A DNA stretch of 64,000 nt from Paraspadella gotoi. Lineage: Eukaryota > Animalia > Chaetognatha. This document shows, piece by piece, positions 1-12,042 of the stretch (the stretch's first letter is position 1; each line of letters opens with the position of its first letter). The stretch lies in assembly GCA_051294375.1 (NCBI GenBank), contig CM119269.1, positions 19,691,936-19,755,935 on the forward strand, read 5' to 3'. The notes beneath the pieces were generated by a model. The model was given only the letters and a program-made list of their open reading frames with translations, ran no database searches and was not told where the DNA came from. Position numbers and translations under genes: made by a program.

Positions 1-1522
1 CATCAGCAGCTGCTGCCTCTTGATGATCAACTCGGCCTCCTTCGCCACCCGCCGCACCCTCCCTTCTCTGTAGGCCTTCTCCTCTTCCTCCAACTCCTCC
101 GCCGTCCGAACTCTCGTCAACTGATCCGCGACTTGACGCTCGAAGTCGCGTAGCGCGTCGTCGTCCTCGTCGTCGTCGACGTTTTGGCGAAGCGTGGCTC
201 GGAGATCGGCGATCTCGGCGTAGGTGGGAACGTTGTTGGCGTGACTGAAGAGGTTGGGGAAGTCGGAGGCGTCGGTGGGAGCTGGGAGGGGATGAGAAGG
301 AAGGAGGATCACGAGGGGAAGCCGGCCGAGGAGCTGCGTGTACTCGGCTAAAAACACTGGGTGTACATTGAAAAATAAAAACGAACTGCACGGTGCACAA
401 ATTAAACCATTAAATCGAGAGAATAGAGAACAGAAATCGGAGAATACTACCTAAAAAATAGAAAATGGAATAAAAAGTAATCGGGAATTAAAAAATAACT
501 TTTTATATTTTATTTCAATTTATGTTAACCTGCTCGAGCTAACGTCTCGGATTCCGTTGAGTCTTCCAGGCGAAACGTTTCTAGTTCGTCAGCCTACCAT
601 GAAAAAGTAACCTTTTTTATTGTTGTATTGACATCGCGTGCACAGTTTATTTATTATATTTTTTTGTGAATTAAAATTTAACGCATGAAACGCTAATATT
701 AGAAGAAAATTTATTAGTGAATTTTACAATGGCAATTTTATTGGGGTTTTTTTTGGCCAATATTTCGATTTACATAGAGAAATCTTTTTTCAATATAGCC
801 TTGAAAAATGATTTTTCCATGTAAATCGAAAAATTGGCCAAAAAAAACAAACAAACAAACAAACAAAAACAATAAATTGCACCCACTGACATTTTTTTAT
901 TTTTTTACTTTTTACAATATTATTTTAACATTTAATACAAAATTAATTATTTACTTATTTAGTATCGAACCTGAAAGGACTGGTTCTCAAGCTCGGCCAG
1001 CATCTCATAGAGTTTCTTCATTTGGTCCAAAGATTTTTCTGGCGTCGAAGTCAGGTCTAAATCGTCGGGGGATTCGAAATCGCTCGGACTCCCGAAAGAA
1101 AACTGAAATCGACGGTTGATATAAAATTTATAGGTTGTTTATTCTTTTATGTACATATATATAAATTACTGTCTCCTAAAATTAAACGTACTTGATATAT
1201 TTGTACGTATACGTGGAATACAAAAAATATTTATTTTCTGCAATTCCGGTACGAAACGTAAAGATAATGTTATTAAGGACATTGAGAAAATTTTAGCATC
1301 TATTTTGGCACATTTGTCAGTACATATGAGAAAACGACTCAACGCTAAAACGCTAATTTTTATCCGCTCTATCACTGTCACAATCATTTGAAATCTTGTT
1401 ACATATTCTTTTACAACGAATACTACTCACTTGGGAGCCAGTCAGCGAAGACTAATAAGAAAATAGAAAGAAATCATTCGACATCATTCAAATCATCTCT
1501 CTCTCTCTCTCTCTCTCTCTCA

Positions 1523-1604
<82 letters not shown>

Positions 1605-2403
1605 CTCTCTCACTAAGCTCACTAACCTTAGAATCCACTCGTTCTTCCGTCGAAAGGCCCCCGATTTCTGCTTCCATGACATCTTCAGTCCCTTGCAAAT
1701 CCAACTGCAAATCGGCTTGAAAATCAGGCGGTCGCTCCCTCAGTGAATCTGGCAGTGAATCGGATTGTGACTCCGGTTGTGGCTCCCGCAATGACTGTGA
1801 CTGCAGCTCCATAGGTTCCGATTGCATTTCCGGCCGAATCTCCGTTTCGGACTCGGTTTTCGAAACTGTTTCCAAAACAGTTAAAGAATCACTTTTTTTT
1901 CCTATTTTGATTTCGGGAACCTCGATGATTTGAGAATCTGAAGGCACTTGGGAAGAGTAAGTTGACGATACTTGTCTATATCCATCGCCGTGTTTTTCCT
2001 CGTCGTCGTTTTCCGGCTCCGTCATCCGGACGACTTCCGGCGACTCATCCTCGGTCTCCCCGATTGGAGTTATCGGCGGCGTCGCGAGTACAACGGCGGG
2101 CGGCGTCGGTGGTGTAGGCGTCCGTTCGCGGGGCGGAGCAGCGACGACGCTGGCCGGCGGCGTTGGCGGCGTCGGTGTCCGGCGTTCGGGCGTCGAAGTC
2201 ACGACCTCGCGAAGACTCAGTTGTCGAGAGAAATCGACGCCGCTCATGTCGTGCGAAAACGACGCCGATGTTCCCACCGGCGTCGCTTCCTCGTTCGGCG
2301 ACGTCTCGTCACGCGTTACGGCGCCCTCCTCCATCTCATGGGTTCCACTTGTACGACGACGGCGTTCTCTCAGTTTGCTTCGTGGGCGGGGGAGTTCCGC
2401 CAT
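1..2403 (-). CDS. Multi-exon gene for an unidentified acidic, Pro/Thr-rich protein with a helical C-terminal part; 3' end lies outside the window
   Basis: Phase-consistent GT-AG exons 2403-1627 (MAELPRPRSK...RVDSK), 1451-1431 (21-nt microexon SSLTGSQ), 1102-971 (FSFGSPSDF...LENQSFQ), 593-530 (ADELETFRL...), 347-<1 (AEYTQLLGRLPLVIL...AELIIKRQQLLM). No stops across junctions. No family recognised. Confidence 0.8.
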
Positions 2404-2755
2404 GACGCCGTCGCCGTCGTCTTCGTTGTTTTCGTTTTTATCGTCGTTGTTGATGTCGCAGTGATTTAGTATATCATTTTTAAAGTATTATTACTATTGT
2501 TTTTTTAGAGGGTATTTAGTCGTCTTGGTCTTGTTTTCAAGTCGTTTAATTTTTATTTTTTAGTTTCGTTCAGTCGTCACAGCCATTTTAGTAAGTATAT
2601 TCAGTTATTCACTAAATCCAGCGACTTATTTCAATTTTTGGTTAGTATTTTCATTTAAAATTAAAATCGGTAAAAGTTGAGTAAAAGGTTTTTGTTTAAA
2701 AAAAGTAGATAAAAGTTTTACAAAATGTTACCACGGAGTTTCCGCTGTTTACGTT

Positions 2756-2792
2756 TTATCTTCTTATCGCTTTATCGGTTTATCATTTTATC
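2756..2792. promoter_or_regulatory. Five TTATC (GATA-core) motifs at exact 8-bp spacing upstream of the left-edge gene
   Basis: TTATC starts at 2756, 2764, 2772, 2780 and 2788, with different 3-nt spacers. It lies between the - strand ATG at 2403 and + strand exon candidates from ~2855. Confidence 0.4.
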
Positions 2793-2854
2793 AGTTTTTT
2801 TACGAGATTACTGAAGTAAAAGGGAAAAAACGGAAAAGGAGAGACGCTGCGTCG

Positions 2855-3409
2855 ATGCGTGTTCACCCAAAATTCCATCGTAAGTTTTTTTTTACCGAAG
2901 TTTGTTTCTTTAAAAATATTTCTTCCTATTTATATTTCCAGATTTTGGATCGAAAATCTTTTTTGCACGAATTTATATTATACAGGATTTATGACACTGA
3001 CTTTTACGAATGACTTATATTACTTGACACCAATGTCGGTAAAAAATAATAATTTAAAAAAAAATCATGGTGAGAACAAAAGAAGATAATAAATTCAAGT
3101 AGTCTAAAAAAAAAGAAGAAAAAACATCATATCTTCGAAGTTGATAGGTAGTCAAACATTGTTTTTTATTGTTAGAGAAAAATGTCATCGATTTGTCGTT
3201 CTTCAATCTGAACAAATTAAATAGGAAATTGGAATTCAACGTCGATTACGGAAAAGTTCGTCTCTGCGAAGCCAAAGGCGGAACTAATCCGTTCGGCGTA
3301 GATTCCACGTAGATTTAAAAAAAAAATCATCCAAAATTAAATTCAATTTCGAATTCCATCACAGATAATTGCATTTCGGAAACGGAGAGAGATTCACTTG
3401 GAAAAGTTC

Positions 3410-3466
<57 letters not shown>

Positions 3467-5166
3467 TTTCTTCCACAACCAAAACAGCACTTTACACTTT
3501 CTCCCCGACCCCCAGAGGCTCGGTGACGTCATTAACCTTTTCCGAAGGTGCCGCATGTTTGGTTTGTCGCTATGGATTCCGTGGGATAAACACCCGATAA
3601 AATTTGGGTCTGGACCGCTCTGATCTTTTGTTTAAACTTCGAGACTTTAATTTTCGTGACCGGCCGTTCTGGTCGACATCAGCGCTGGTGAAAGTTTCGA
3701 GAAACAATCGCAAGAACATTTTAATATTTATGTATGTTTTTATGTATGTTAATTATACTCGCCAAAAATAAACTTTTCTTTTCAGCAAGTCAAAAATGTA
3801 GATAAACGAAGGTAAATTTAGGAAGCAAAGGGATTCCTTTTATATCCTGATTAAATAACGTGTTTCAAAATCGCATGAGGGGCGACGGAGGGAAAAGGTT
3901 ACTGACAACATGGAAGAGGGAGAAAAAGATAGATTGGACATTGTCCGATGAAGATTCTTGTCCTTCGAGATAATTAATTAGTTGAGGAATTATTCTTACA
4001 ATGAAAAGTAACAATGTTTTAAATAAATGAAATTTTAAAGCAAAAGACAAATATTAAAGTCAACTAATTCTTGAAAAAAAAAGTAAAGGAAGAAAAAAAG
4101 GGAAAAAAATGATGGAAGAAATGAGAGGGAAGAGAAAAAAGTAAGACATTGAATTCGAACTCTGACTCGATTGTTCATTCATTCCGCGGCCGAACCCGAA
4201 CCGAGCAAAGATTCCATTTTTTTTTCTAAGAGTTGTGGCAGCAAGACTTAAAGCTGCCTCACTGCTGTCCGTCCTCAGCCTCGTCTCAATGGCTGAGCAG
4301 GCTAAATCATCTCATTCCATCCGTGCGTCCCGGGTTCAATCCCTGGGTATCCCGGTTCTGGCTTAAATGTGACGGTGCCGGTATAAACATGCCAGTGACA
4401 GGAGGCGGTCACTGAGGGTCCGCAGCCCCTACGCCAGTTGGTGAGATACCCCGCGCCCCCGGTATCACAGGCTATCCTCCCGTTCCATAGAGTCATTTTT
4501 TTTAGGTCTTGATCTTGGGAAAAATTTAATGGAAGTTTTTTATCTCGGGGGGGGTGAGGGAAGGGGGGGGCGAAAATGAGGGAGAATGAAAAGATATAAC
4601 CGGAGATGAAGGAAAAGGCGCGAGGGTGCAGCTCGCGATGTTGAGTCTTCGGCGAATGATTTTGGTAAGCGGGAAGGGCGGAGGCCGGGGGATGCGGCGT
4701 AGATTGTGAAATCTTATCAGAAGGCGGGGAAGCGGCGAACTTAGGGAAAAACCCGTCCGTTATCGCAACAGGCCGGGTTGCCTGTGATGCCCTTTGGCAC
4801 TGTTGGCTTCAGGGGCTTCCGACCCTCTGTGGCGGTTTTCCTAGGATGGTCTTGTCTTTGCCAACGCAGAGGGAAGATTAGCTGAAGGAAGCTGGATGTG
4901 AGGCGGTCAGAATATACTGCCAGACCATACTCCTTAAGAAGAGCGCATTCAGAAGTAATTGATGCTTTTTAACTTTTAATCATAATTCGATTTTAAGATT
5001 AAATGGTGAAAAAGGCATCAACTGACAAGTTGTTTGGGACAAGGTGGTGAAAAAAACTGTGAGATATCACTTTTCAGTCTCACTAGGCGTCGAGGAAGAA
5101 TAAAGACATCACATCCTTCCTGTGTTCCATTTAGAAGCTAAAAGGAATTCAATGGTTGGGGAATAA

Positions 5167-5211
<45 letters not shown>

Positions 5212-5771
5212 TCTTTTTTCAGTCATGATATTTACTATTTAGGATATTTGTTGTTGTCGTCGTCATCGTCGAATTGACCTGAGCTTTTTTTGCGTCATCG
5301 CTATTAATATCGTCGTCGACGTCGCCATCGTCCTCGTCATCATCTTAATTATCGTCGTCGGCGTCGTCGTCCAAGAAAAATACAGGTTTCTCTTTCTCGA
5401 TGAAACAAAATTAAATATTCTATGTATTTCATTTTACATATAAAAAAAACAATTGTAAAAATTAAGTATTGTATATAATAGATATAATTTTTTTTTCTCC
5501 GGTACCAAACTCAAAAGGGAAAGCTCGGCTGATAAAATGACAGTAACATTGCAGCACTACGTAACGGTCAAACTACCCCAGCACCGCCTAAGATTTTTGG
5601 GGATGGATCCAACTCCCAAGTCTTATAAAGGGCCTCTCGTCTTTTACGGTGCCGAAAGTTTTTTTCGTGGCGAAATTTTCGGACTTGTTGAACTTCAGCG
5701 CCGGAAATCCGAAAAACCGCGTAATTATACTCGTCTTTGTAAGTTCAGTTATATGGCGTGCAGAAATAAAC

Positions 5772-5828
<57 letters not shown>

Positions 5829-8800
5829 AAGAGAGAAGAGAGAGAGAGAGAGAGAGAGAAAAATTCCCAAGTTTCCAAATCCCTAAAAGAAAATATGAGC
5901 GAATTAATTTCTACGGAGTTCATGACGTCGACAACGAATCTATGGTTTTCCTCGGAGAACGGTAATGGCGCTTGACGAAGAAATTAGGTAAAGTTTGTAC
6001 TCTTAATTAAACATTTAATTTTCAATTTTTTTTTAATGAATGGCATATTTAATAATAGAATAAATAGCTCTAGTGTGAGTACAAGGTTGATTACGTTACA
6101 TACGAGTAGAATTAGTTCCATCCGGTTAAATTCGGGGAAGCAAGGTTGACCCGATTCCATCCGGCCACAGTTTCGAGGATGAAGGTCGCCATTGGAGAAA
6201 AAAAAAATCCAAAACAGGAAAACTTTTTCTTCTGGAAAATATTTGGCACCAGCCGGGTTACTTATTATCATTATAATTTTGTTATTTATCCATTTAAGTT
6301 TTCAACGGGTCGGCGATGACCTACGAGGAACGTAACCTCGTGGGCCCAATCCGTCAAAATGTGATGAACGTTTTAACTTTCGAGGATGACGACGACGCGA
6401 AGGCAAAATGTGAAAAACTAAATCAAACAAACAAAAACAGACAAATAAAAATGTAAAAAGACCAAAAAACAATTAACGGTTGTTCGACAATGACTATGAT
6501 TTATGAGAAAACGTTTTTGTCGACGGACGGTTTCCTTAGAGCCCCCCCCCCCAAAAAAAAAAACCCAAGAAACTACAAAACTATAATTTCAAATCTTTCT
6601 TCGTCTCTTCTCGTTTTGATCATCGTTAGCTACGATTTACTTTGCCGAAAGCAGCAAGAACAAGTTATATTTTCTTATCTTTCGAAGGTGAGTCGCGTAG
6701 AAACATGACAAAGTTGGTCATCTTATACATGTATTTTTAAGAGAATTATGAAGCGGCTGAACAGTAAGGCGTAGTGAAAGTTGCAGATCAAAATTCGAAT
6801 AGTTGATCATGAACAGTCTTGGACTAAAGAACATTGATATATAAATATTTTTTAAAAAATTTCTCAGTTTTCGCATATGCCCATATAAATAGTACTCACC
6901 ATAGAAATTTTAAAATAATTTTTTCTGAGTTTTGAAAGCGGATTCGAATTCCTCGTAAAAAGTTGATAAAAGAAAATATAAGTCTTAATCAAAAATTTTT
7001 TTCATTAAGCAAGCCAAAATTTAAAAAAAATTTTACTATACTTTCATTATTTAATAAAAATAATTCATAAGTATATCATTAGTTGGAGAACTACTTGACG
7101 TTTTTTATGAATAAGTTTCATTTCGTGTTTAATTCATTTACTATTCTTTGTTTAATTTTTTATCTAACATAGTAAAATTGGCAAAAAAAGACCATTTTAG
7201 GCGTATTATTGATTGAAATTTTAAAAGATTTTATATCATAAGAAATCCCTTTTAATTGCCTAATCAATGGCTTATCTGAATTATCGTAATGAAGAGTAAT
7301 TTTTGAGTAATGATTTTTTATTTATTTTTTTAATTGTAAATCTTAAGTTTTCTTTTACAATTCGTCTAATTAGAAAAAAATGCTGTTCTGAGCAAGTTCT
7401 TGACTGTTTTGAATAATTATTTTATATCGTAAGGATTCTCAGATAATTCTTAATTTAATGGCGTAAATGAATTTTAATAATTTTAAATATTTAATGAGTA
7501 ATTCATTGATTTTCTTTTTTTTAAAGATTCAGTTTTTTACTGAAGATGAAATTGGATGACCATTAAAGAAAAGTCGTTTTACATAAGTAAATATTAAATT
7601 AATCTTATGAAATTAAAATATAATAAACGTCAAGTACTTTGCTACAGAATGAGGAAAACAAATTTAAAAAATATTTATTCAATGATAAATGATACGCATT
7701 TTTTTGGTGTCACTCGCGAACTGACACTGGGTAGTTTTTTAGAATTTTGACCCACTTCTCTCTTCTTCGAAATACTCAGTATTTTCCTATATTTTAAAAA
7801 TAATTTTTTGAAATTTAGAAAAGTTGTGGCAACACATTTATTATCGCCACCCGGTGGCGTAAGAGCGAGAATTTTCTCTTCCAACCAAGGGGTCTTGGTT
7901 TCGCGCCCCATTGATGTCAATGCCTGTATTGGCCGAAAACAGTCAGATCCAAAGTTCTGAAACTAGCAAATAATACTGTTGCCTGTTATTAACAGGCGGT
8001 AATTTGTTTCGTCGTGTGGCCTTAAAAAGTGACAGTAATCTTAAAAAAAAAAACGCAAAGAAGTCAGACATGTAGAGCAAAAGTTTATTCAGTAGCTCTT
8101 GAGCTTTAAGATGAATAAATGTCATTGTTTTTTACGACTATACTACTTAAGGTCCAAGCTTTGTTTACTGCTTTCATTCCTTGAAGCGGGCCTTGTCAAG
8201 TCTCTGACAGTTGTCCCCACCCGGCTCATACATATTTTATTCCGGACATCACTAAGTGAATTTTAATATAAAAAAAAATACAAAATTGAAACATTCAATT
8301 TTCCACTTTCCATGATTGTTGCCTATACGCGTATCTTAATGACAGAAAATCATCAACACACCTTAAATCCTAATTATCAACGCGCCCGCCGTGACCCCGC
8401 CTCCACTTAACAACAACCGCCGCCGTCAGGAACGTCGCCGACGCCGCCTGCGCCGCCGACGTGAAGTGGAATCCGGCGTGAAAACCGCCGCAGCGATCGA
8501 TGATGCGGAGGAGGCGACGGGAATGCTGACCCAACCCAACCCAAAAAGATCATGAAGAAGGCGAAGTTGCTCTCCATATCCTTGCGGCCCAAGAGGTCAA
8601 GAAGGACAACAAAAGGAGAGGATCAAGTAAGCGGAGTGAAGAGGCCTGCGAAGTGGAGAGAATGATGGAGAGAGAGAGAGAAGCAAGGAAAAGGACTAGG
8701 ATGGGGAAGAGAATCCAACTTGGGGTTGACTTCATCCTTAAAAGGACTGAAGGACAACTTGGTAGAGAGATATTAATTGAAAAAGCAAAGAAAGATGCAA

Positions 8801-11164
8801 AATAAAAGTGGCATCGATGCAAAACATTGTAATAAAGAGGCTCTCAGTAGCTAAATTTAACAAGAGTAGTCGAGTTAAATTCGAAGCCCATTTTCCCAAA
8901 AGTTGACAAAGCTATTTTGACTTCACCTCTAAAGACGTTGGTCAAAACGAAGCCTTCGTAGGAGTCGACGAGCGGCGTGACGAAGTCGAGCGCGCCGGTC
9001 AAAACGACGATGACGACGAAGATGAAAGGACGATGAGGCGTCACGAGCCGATGATTGAGGACGACGCCGAAAATGACGTTGGCTACGAAACAAAATGGAG
9101 ACGGAGGAGAAATGGAAAGAGAATATTTGTTACAAATTTTTACGCAGTAAAATTAAGAAACATACCCACCAGTCTGCTGGTAAATAGCACAGTCATGATG
9201 GAAGCTGCTTGCCTGTCAGTTAACCCTTTACTGACGATGCTTTGAGGAACGATTACCCAGGTATATTCTAGCGAAATTTGACCAAGGCCCATTGCTGAAT
9301 AAAGAAATTGATACATATTAACTTTTTTTGAAACATATAGTGCGAAGTTTCTTTAGACCTCATGCCTACGGAGTCGCTAGTTCGAGGCGTATCCCATCCA
9401 AAAAAGAACGTTACGGGCAAACGCTTTGTAAATGATTCGCTCAAGAGATTGAATGACGATTCATCAGAAACCATATCAAAAATGAACCTCAAAAGGGCGG
9501 TTTCAATCAATAAAAAATGGTCAATGTTTATATTTGACTTTAAAATAGAGAGAAATGAGTGGCAATATTTCTACATATAGACAACTAAGAAGCATGAAGC
9601 TGACATGGTTTCAAAAGCTGAATGTTCAAAATCTTTTCATTTTTGTACCTATCAAATAACACAAACGAAGCGGATCGGCCAGAGAAGGCAAGTTTAAATC
9701 GGAATACTTTTCGATCATTCGCAGAATTCCATATTTATCCTTTTTTCCGGAAACCTTCTTTTCNNNNNNNNNNGGAATACTTTTCGATCATTTGCAGAAT
9801 TCCATATTTATCCTTTTTTCCGGAAACCTTATTTTCCGGTATAATCTCACTGTCGGAGTCCCCTTCCTTCACGGGTCGACACAATAAACCCGCGACGATC
9901 ATGTTCAGCATAATTCCTCCCAAAATGAGGAAAGTCCCGAAGAGCGAAAACTCTTTGAGCAAAAAGTTGACGAGAGGCTGGGCAGTGACGCCGCCGAGAG
10001 CGTTACCGCTGAGGACAATTGCGTTGGCAAGAGCGCGTCGCCGCTCAAACCGCTTGTTCAGGAAGATGAGGCCCGAGAGCCAACAGCAGCCGAAAGTCAA
10101 TCCTAATTTGGAGGGAAGAGAAGGTGGAAAATGTTTCTCCAAATCTTTCTTTCATCTTGGATATTAATTTTTTATGTACAAATGTACATGCTAAGCACCC
10201 TGAAAAAATCCATAGGTGAAGTAGAGAGAAAACACTGAATAGGATAAACTTGACGCAATCATTAGTACGCAAAGAACGAATCCAGATGTCATTATGACGT
10301 GACGCGATCTCAGCCCGCCTGTTAAACAAAAGGGAAGGACCATGAAGTTGAATATGTGAATTTATGAATTCATATATTTGCATATGTATATATATGACAA
10401 TAAAGATGGGAGAGAAATTAATGGAGAAAGTAAAATATAAAAACTCCATCGAGGTCTGGAAAAGGCAAAAATAAATTGAAGGATCAGCAGAAATGGTAAA
10501 AATTTATAAAAAAGAACATGTAAAAATAAATGTAAAAGACAAGAATTTTAGGAGTTTTATGGGCGAAAGTAGTAATTCTAAAAAAAATAGAAGAAAATAT
10601 AAGATTTTCACCAAATTAATGAAAAAACTAAAACGCCCTATTACCGAGCTTCATAATTAATGGCAGCAAAAGACCGCTTAGGTAAAACCCGCCGGAGTAG
10701 AGGGAAAGAATCAGTACCAAAGAAGAGGCCGACTGATCCGTATGTTGTTTGTCCAAATAAATGAAAAGAATTCCAAAAGATTTGTCCACTTGGGTCATAC
10801 TAGGAAAAAAAAACATAAGACTTAAGATAAGCATCACAGGAACAGGAACATGATTGTTAATTACCTGATTTGTATGATAAAATTTCCCAAAATAGCGAGC
10901 CAAGCGACGACTCCTCCGTCCAAATCAGTCATTGTTTTAGATTCAACGGTCTGATGAGGGACGGGCGAGACTACCTGTAAGGAAATGGAAAAAAACTCAA
11001 CCTTTTGAATCATGCGGGATTCACCTAATTATGATAATAATCACAAATAAAAAAATCACCTTTGAAATATTTTTAGATGCACTGCTTTCTGTTATTGATC
11101 GTGCCATATATAATTAGACATCGTGATTATTGTTTTTCTCTTTTTACTCTTAAAAGCATCTTTC

Positions 11165-11227
<63 letters not shown>

Positions 11228-11970
11228 TTAGGTTTAATTTTGACGGTGAATCTATTTACCTTTGACTGTTTTTCGTTCGTTGACATCAAATCGCATTGGG
11301 TTCTCTTCCCAAGTGGAAACTCTTGTTTATCCCTCTGGGTTTTTCTCTTGAATAAATCGTTAAGCTTATCCATTTTCGGTTGTTTATTTTCTGATTTGGG
11401 TGATATAGGATCGACGTTGATTCTCTTTGGGCTAAAAAAACACATTGACAGCTTAAAGCGGGCTGAATTAATGAAGTTAGAACAGAAATGTCAATGGATT
11501 TTGTCTAAAAAAATGTTTCAAACAAGTATAAGGGGAAGAACGGGTTTGTGGTTTTAGTTGCCCCGCGAGTACTAGCGGAGCAACTTTATTTAAGTAACTT
11601 TTCGGTCGGTCTGTCGGTCCGTGGACGGTCAGTTCGTAGTTATGTCTGTCTGTCGGTATGGTTGTCCGTCGGTCTGTCCCACTTACGTTAAAAATGCTCA
11701 TAACTTGCATATAGTTGGTTGCTCGATGCTCATTGGTTAAGAAGGGAAAATCCTTAAATTTATGTTACTACTAGCGCCACCTTCAGGAAATCCTAAAAAC
11801 AAAAGACAAAACTTCGTATCATGTCATGTCATGTTATGAAAAATACACATGAGAAGGCTGTCACTGCGGCGCAACACATTTGAATTACCGTTCTTGTTTA
11901 AATAAATTCCTGAGTGGTTGTAGTGTTTTTCGAGAATAGACAGTGTGGTAACGAGAGAAAGAGAGCAAAG

Positions 11971-12042
<72 letters not shown>

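Noticed and set aside
4284-4296. TCAATGGCTGAG, plus GGAAAATCTGA and CAATTCAGCTAC in family B, recall conserved regions of eukaryotic RNase P RNA
   Set aside because: The motifs are short, in the wrong order and split between two families, and the first is explained as a Pol III A box of a multicopy SINE. An Rfam search would settle it.
8620-8630. In-frame TGA in the MCT last exon as possible selenocysteine or a recoded stop
   Set aside because: Neighbouring indels explain it, no SECIS was recognised, and TGA is the normal stop for the DYRK, SLC37 and CBM14 genes.
10945-10980. CTGATGA hammerhead-ribozyme-like core
   Set aside because: It is followed by GAGA rather than GAAA, has no convincing stems I-III, and lies antisense to the MCT 5' UTR exon.
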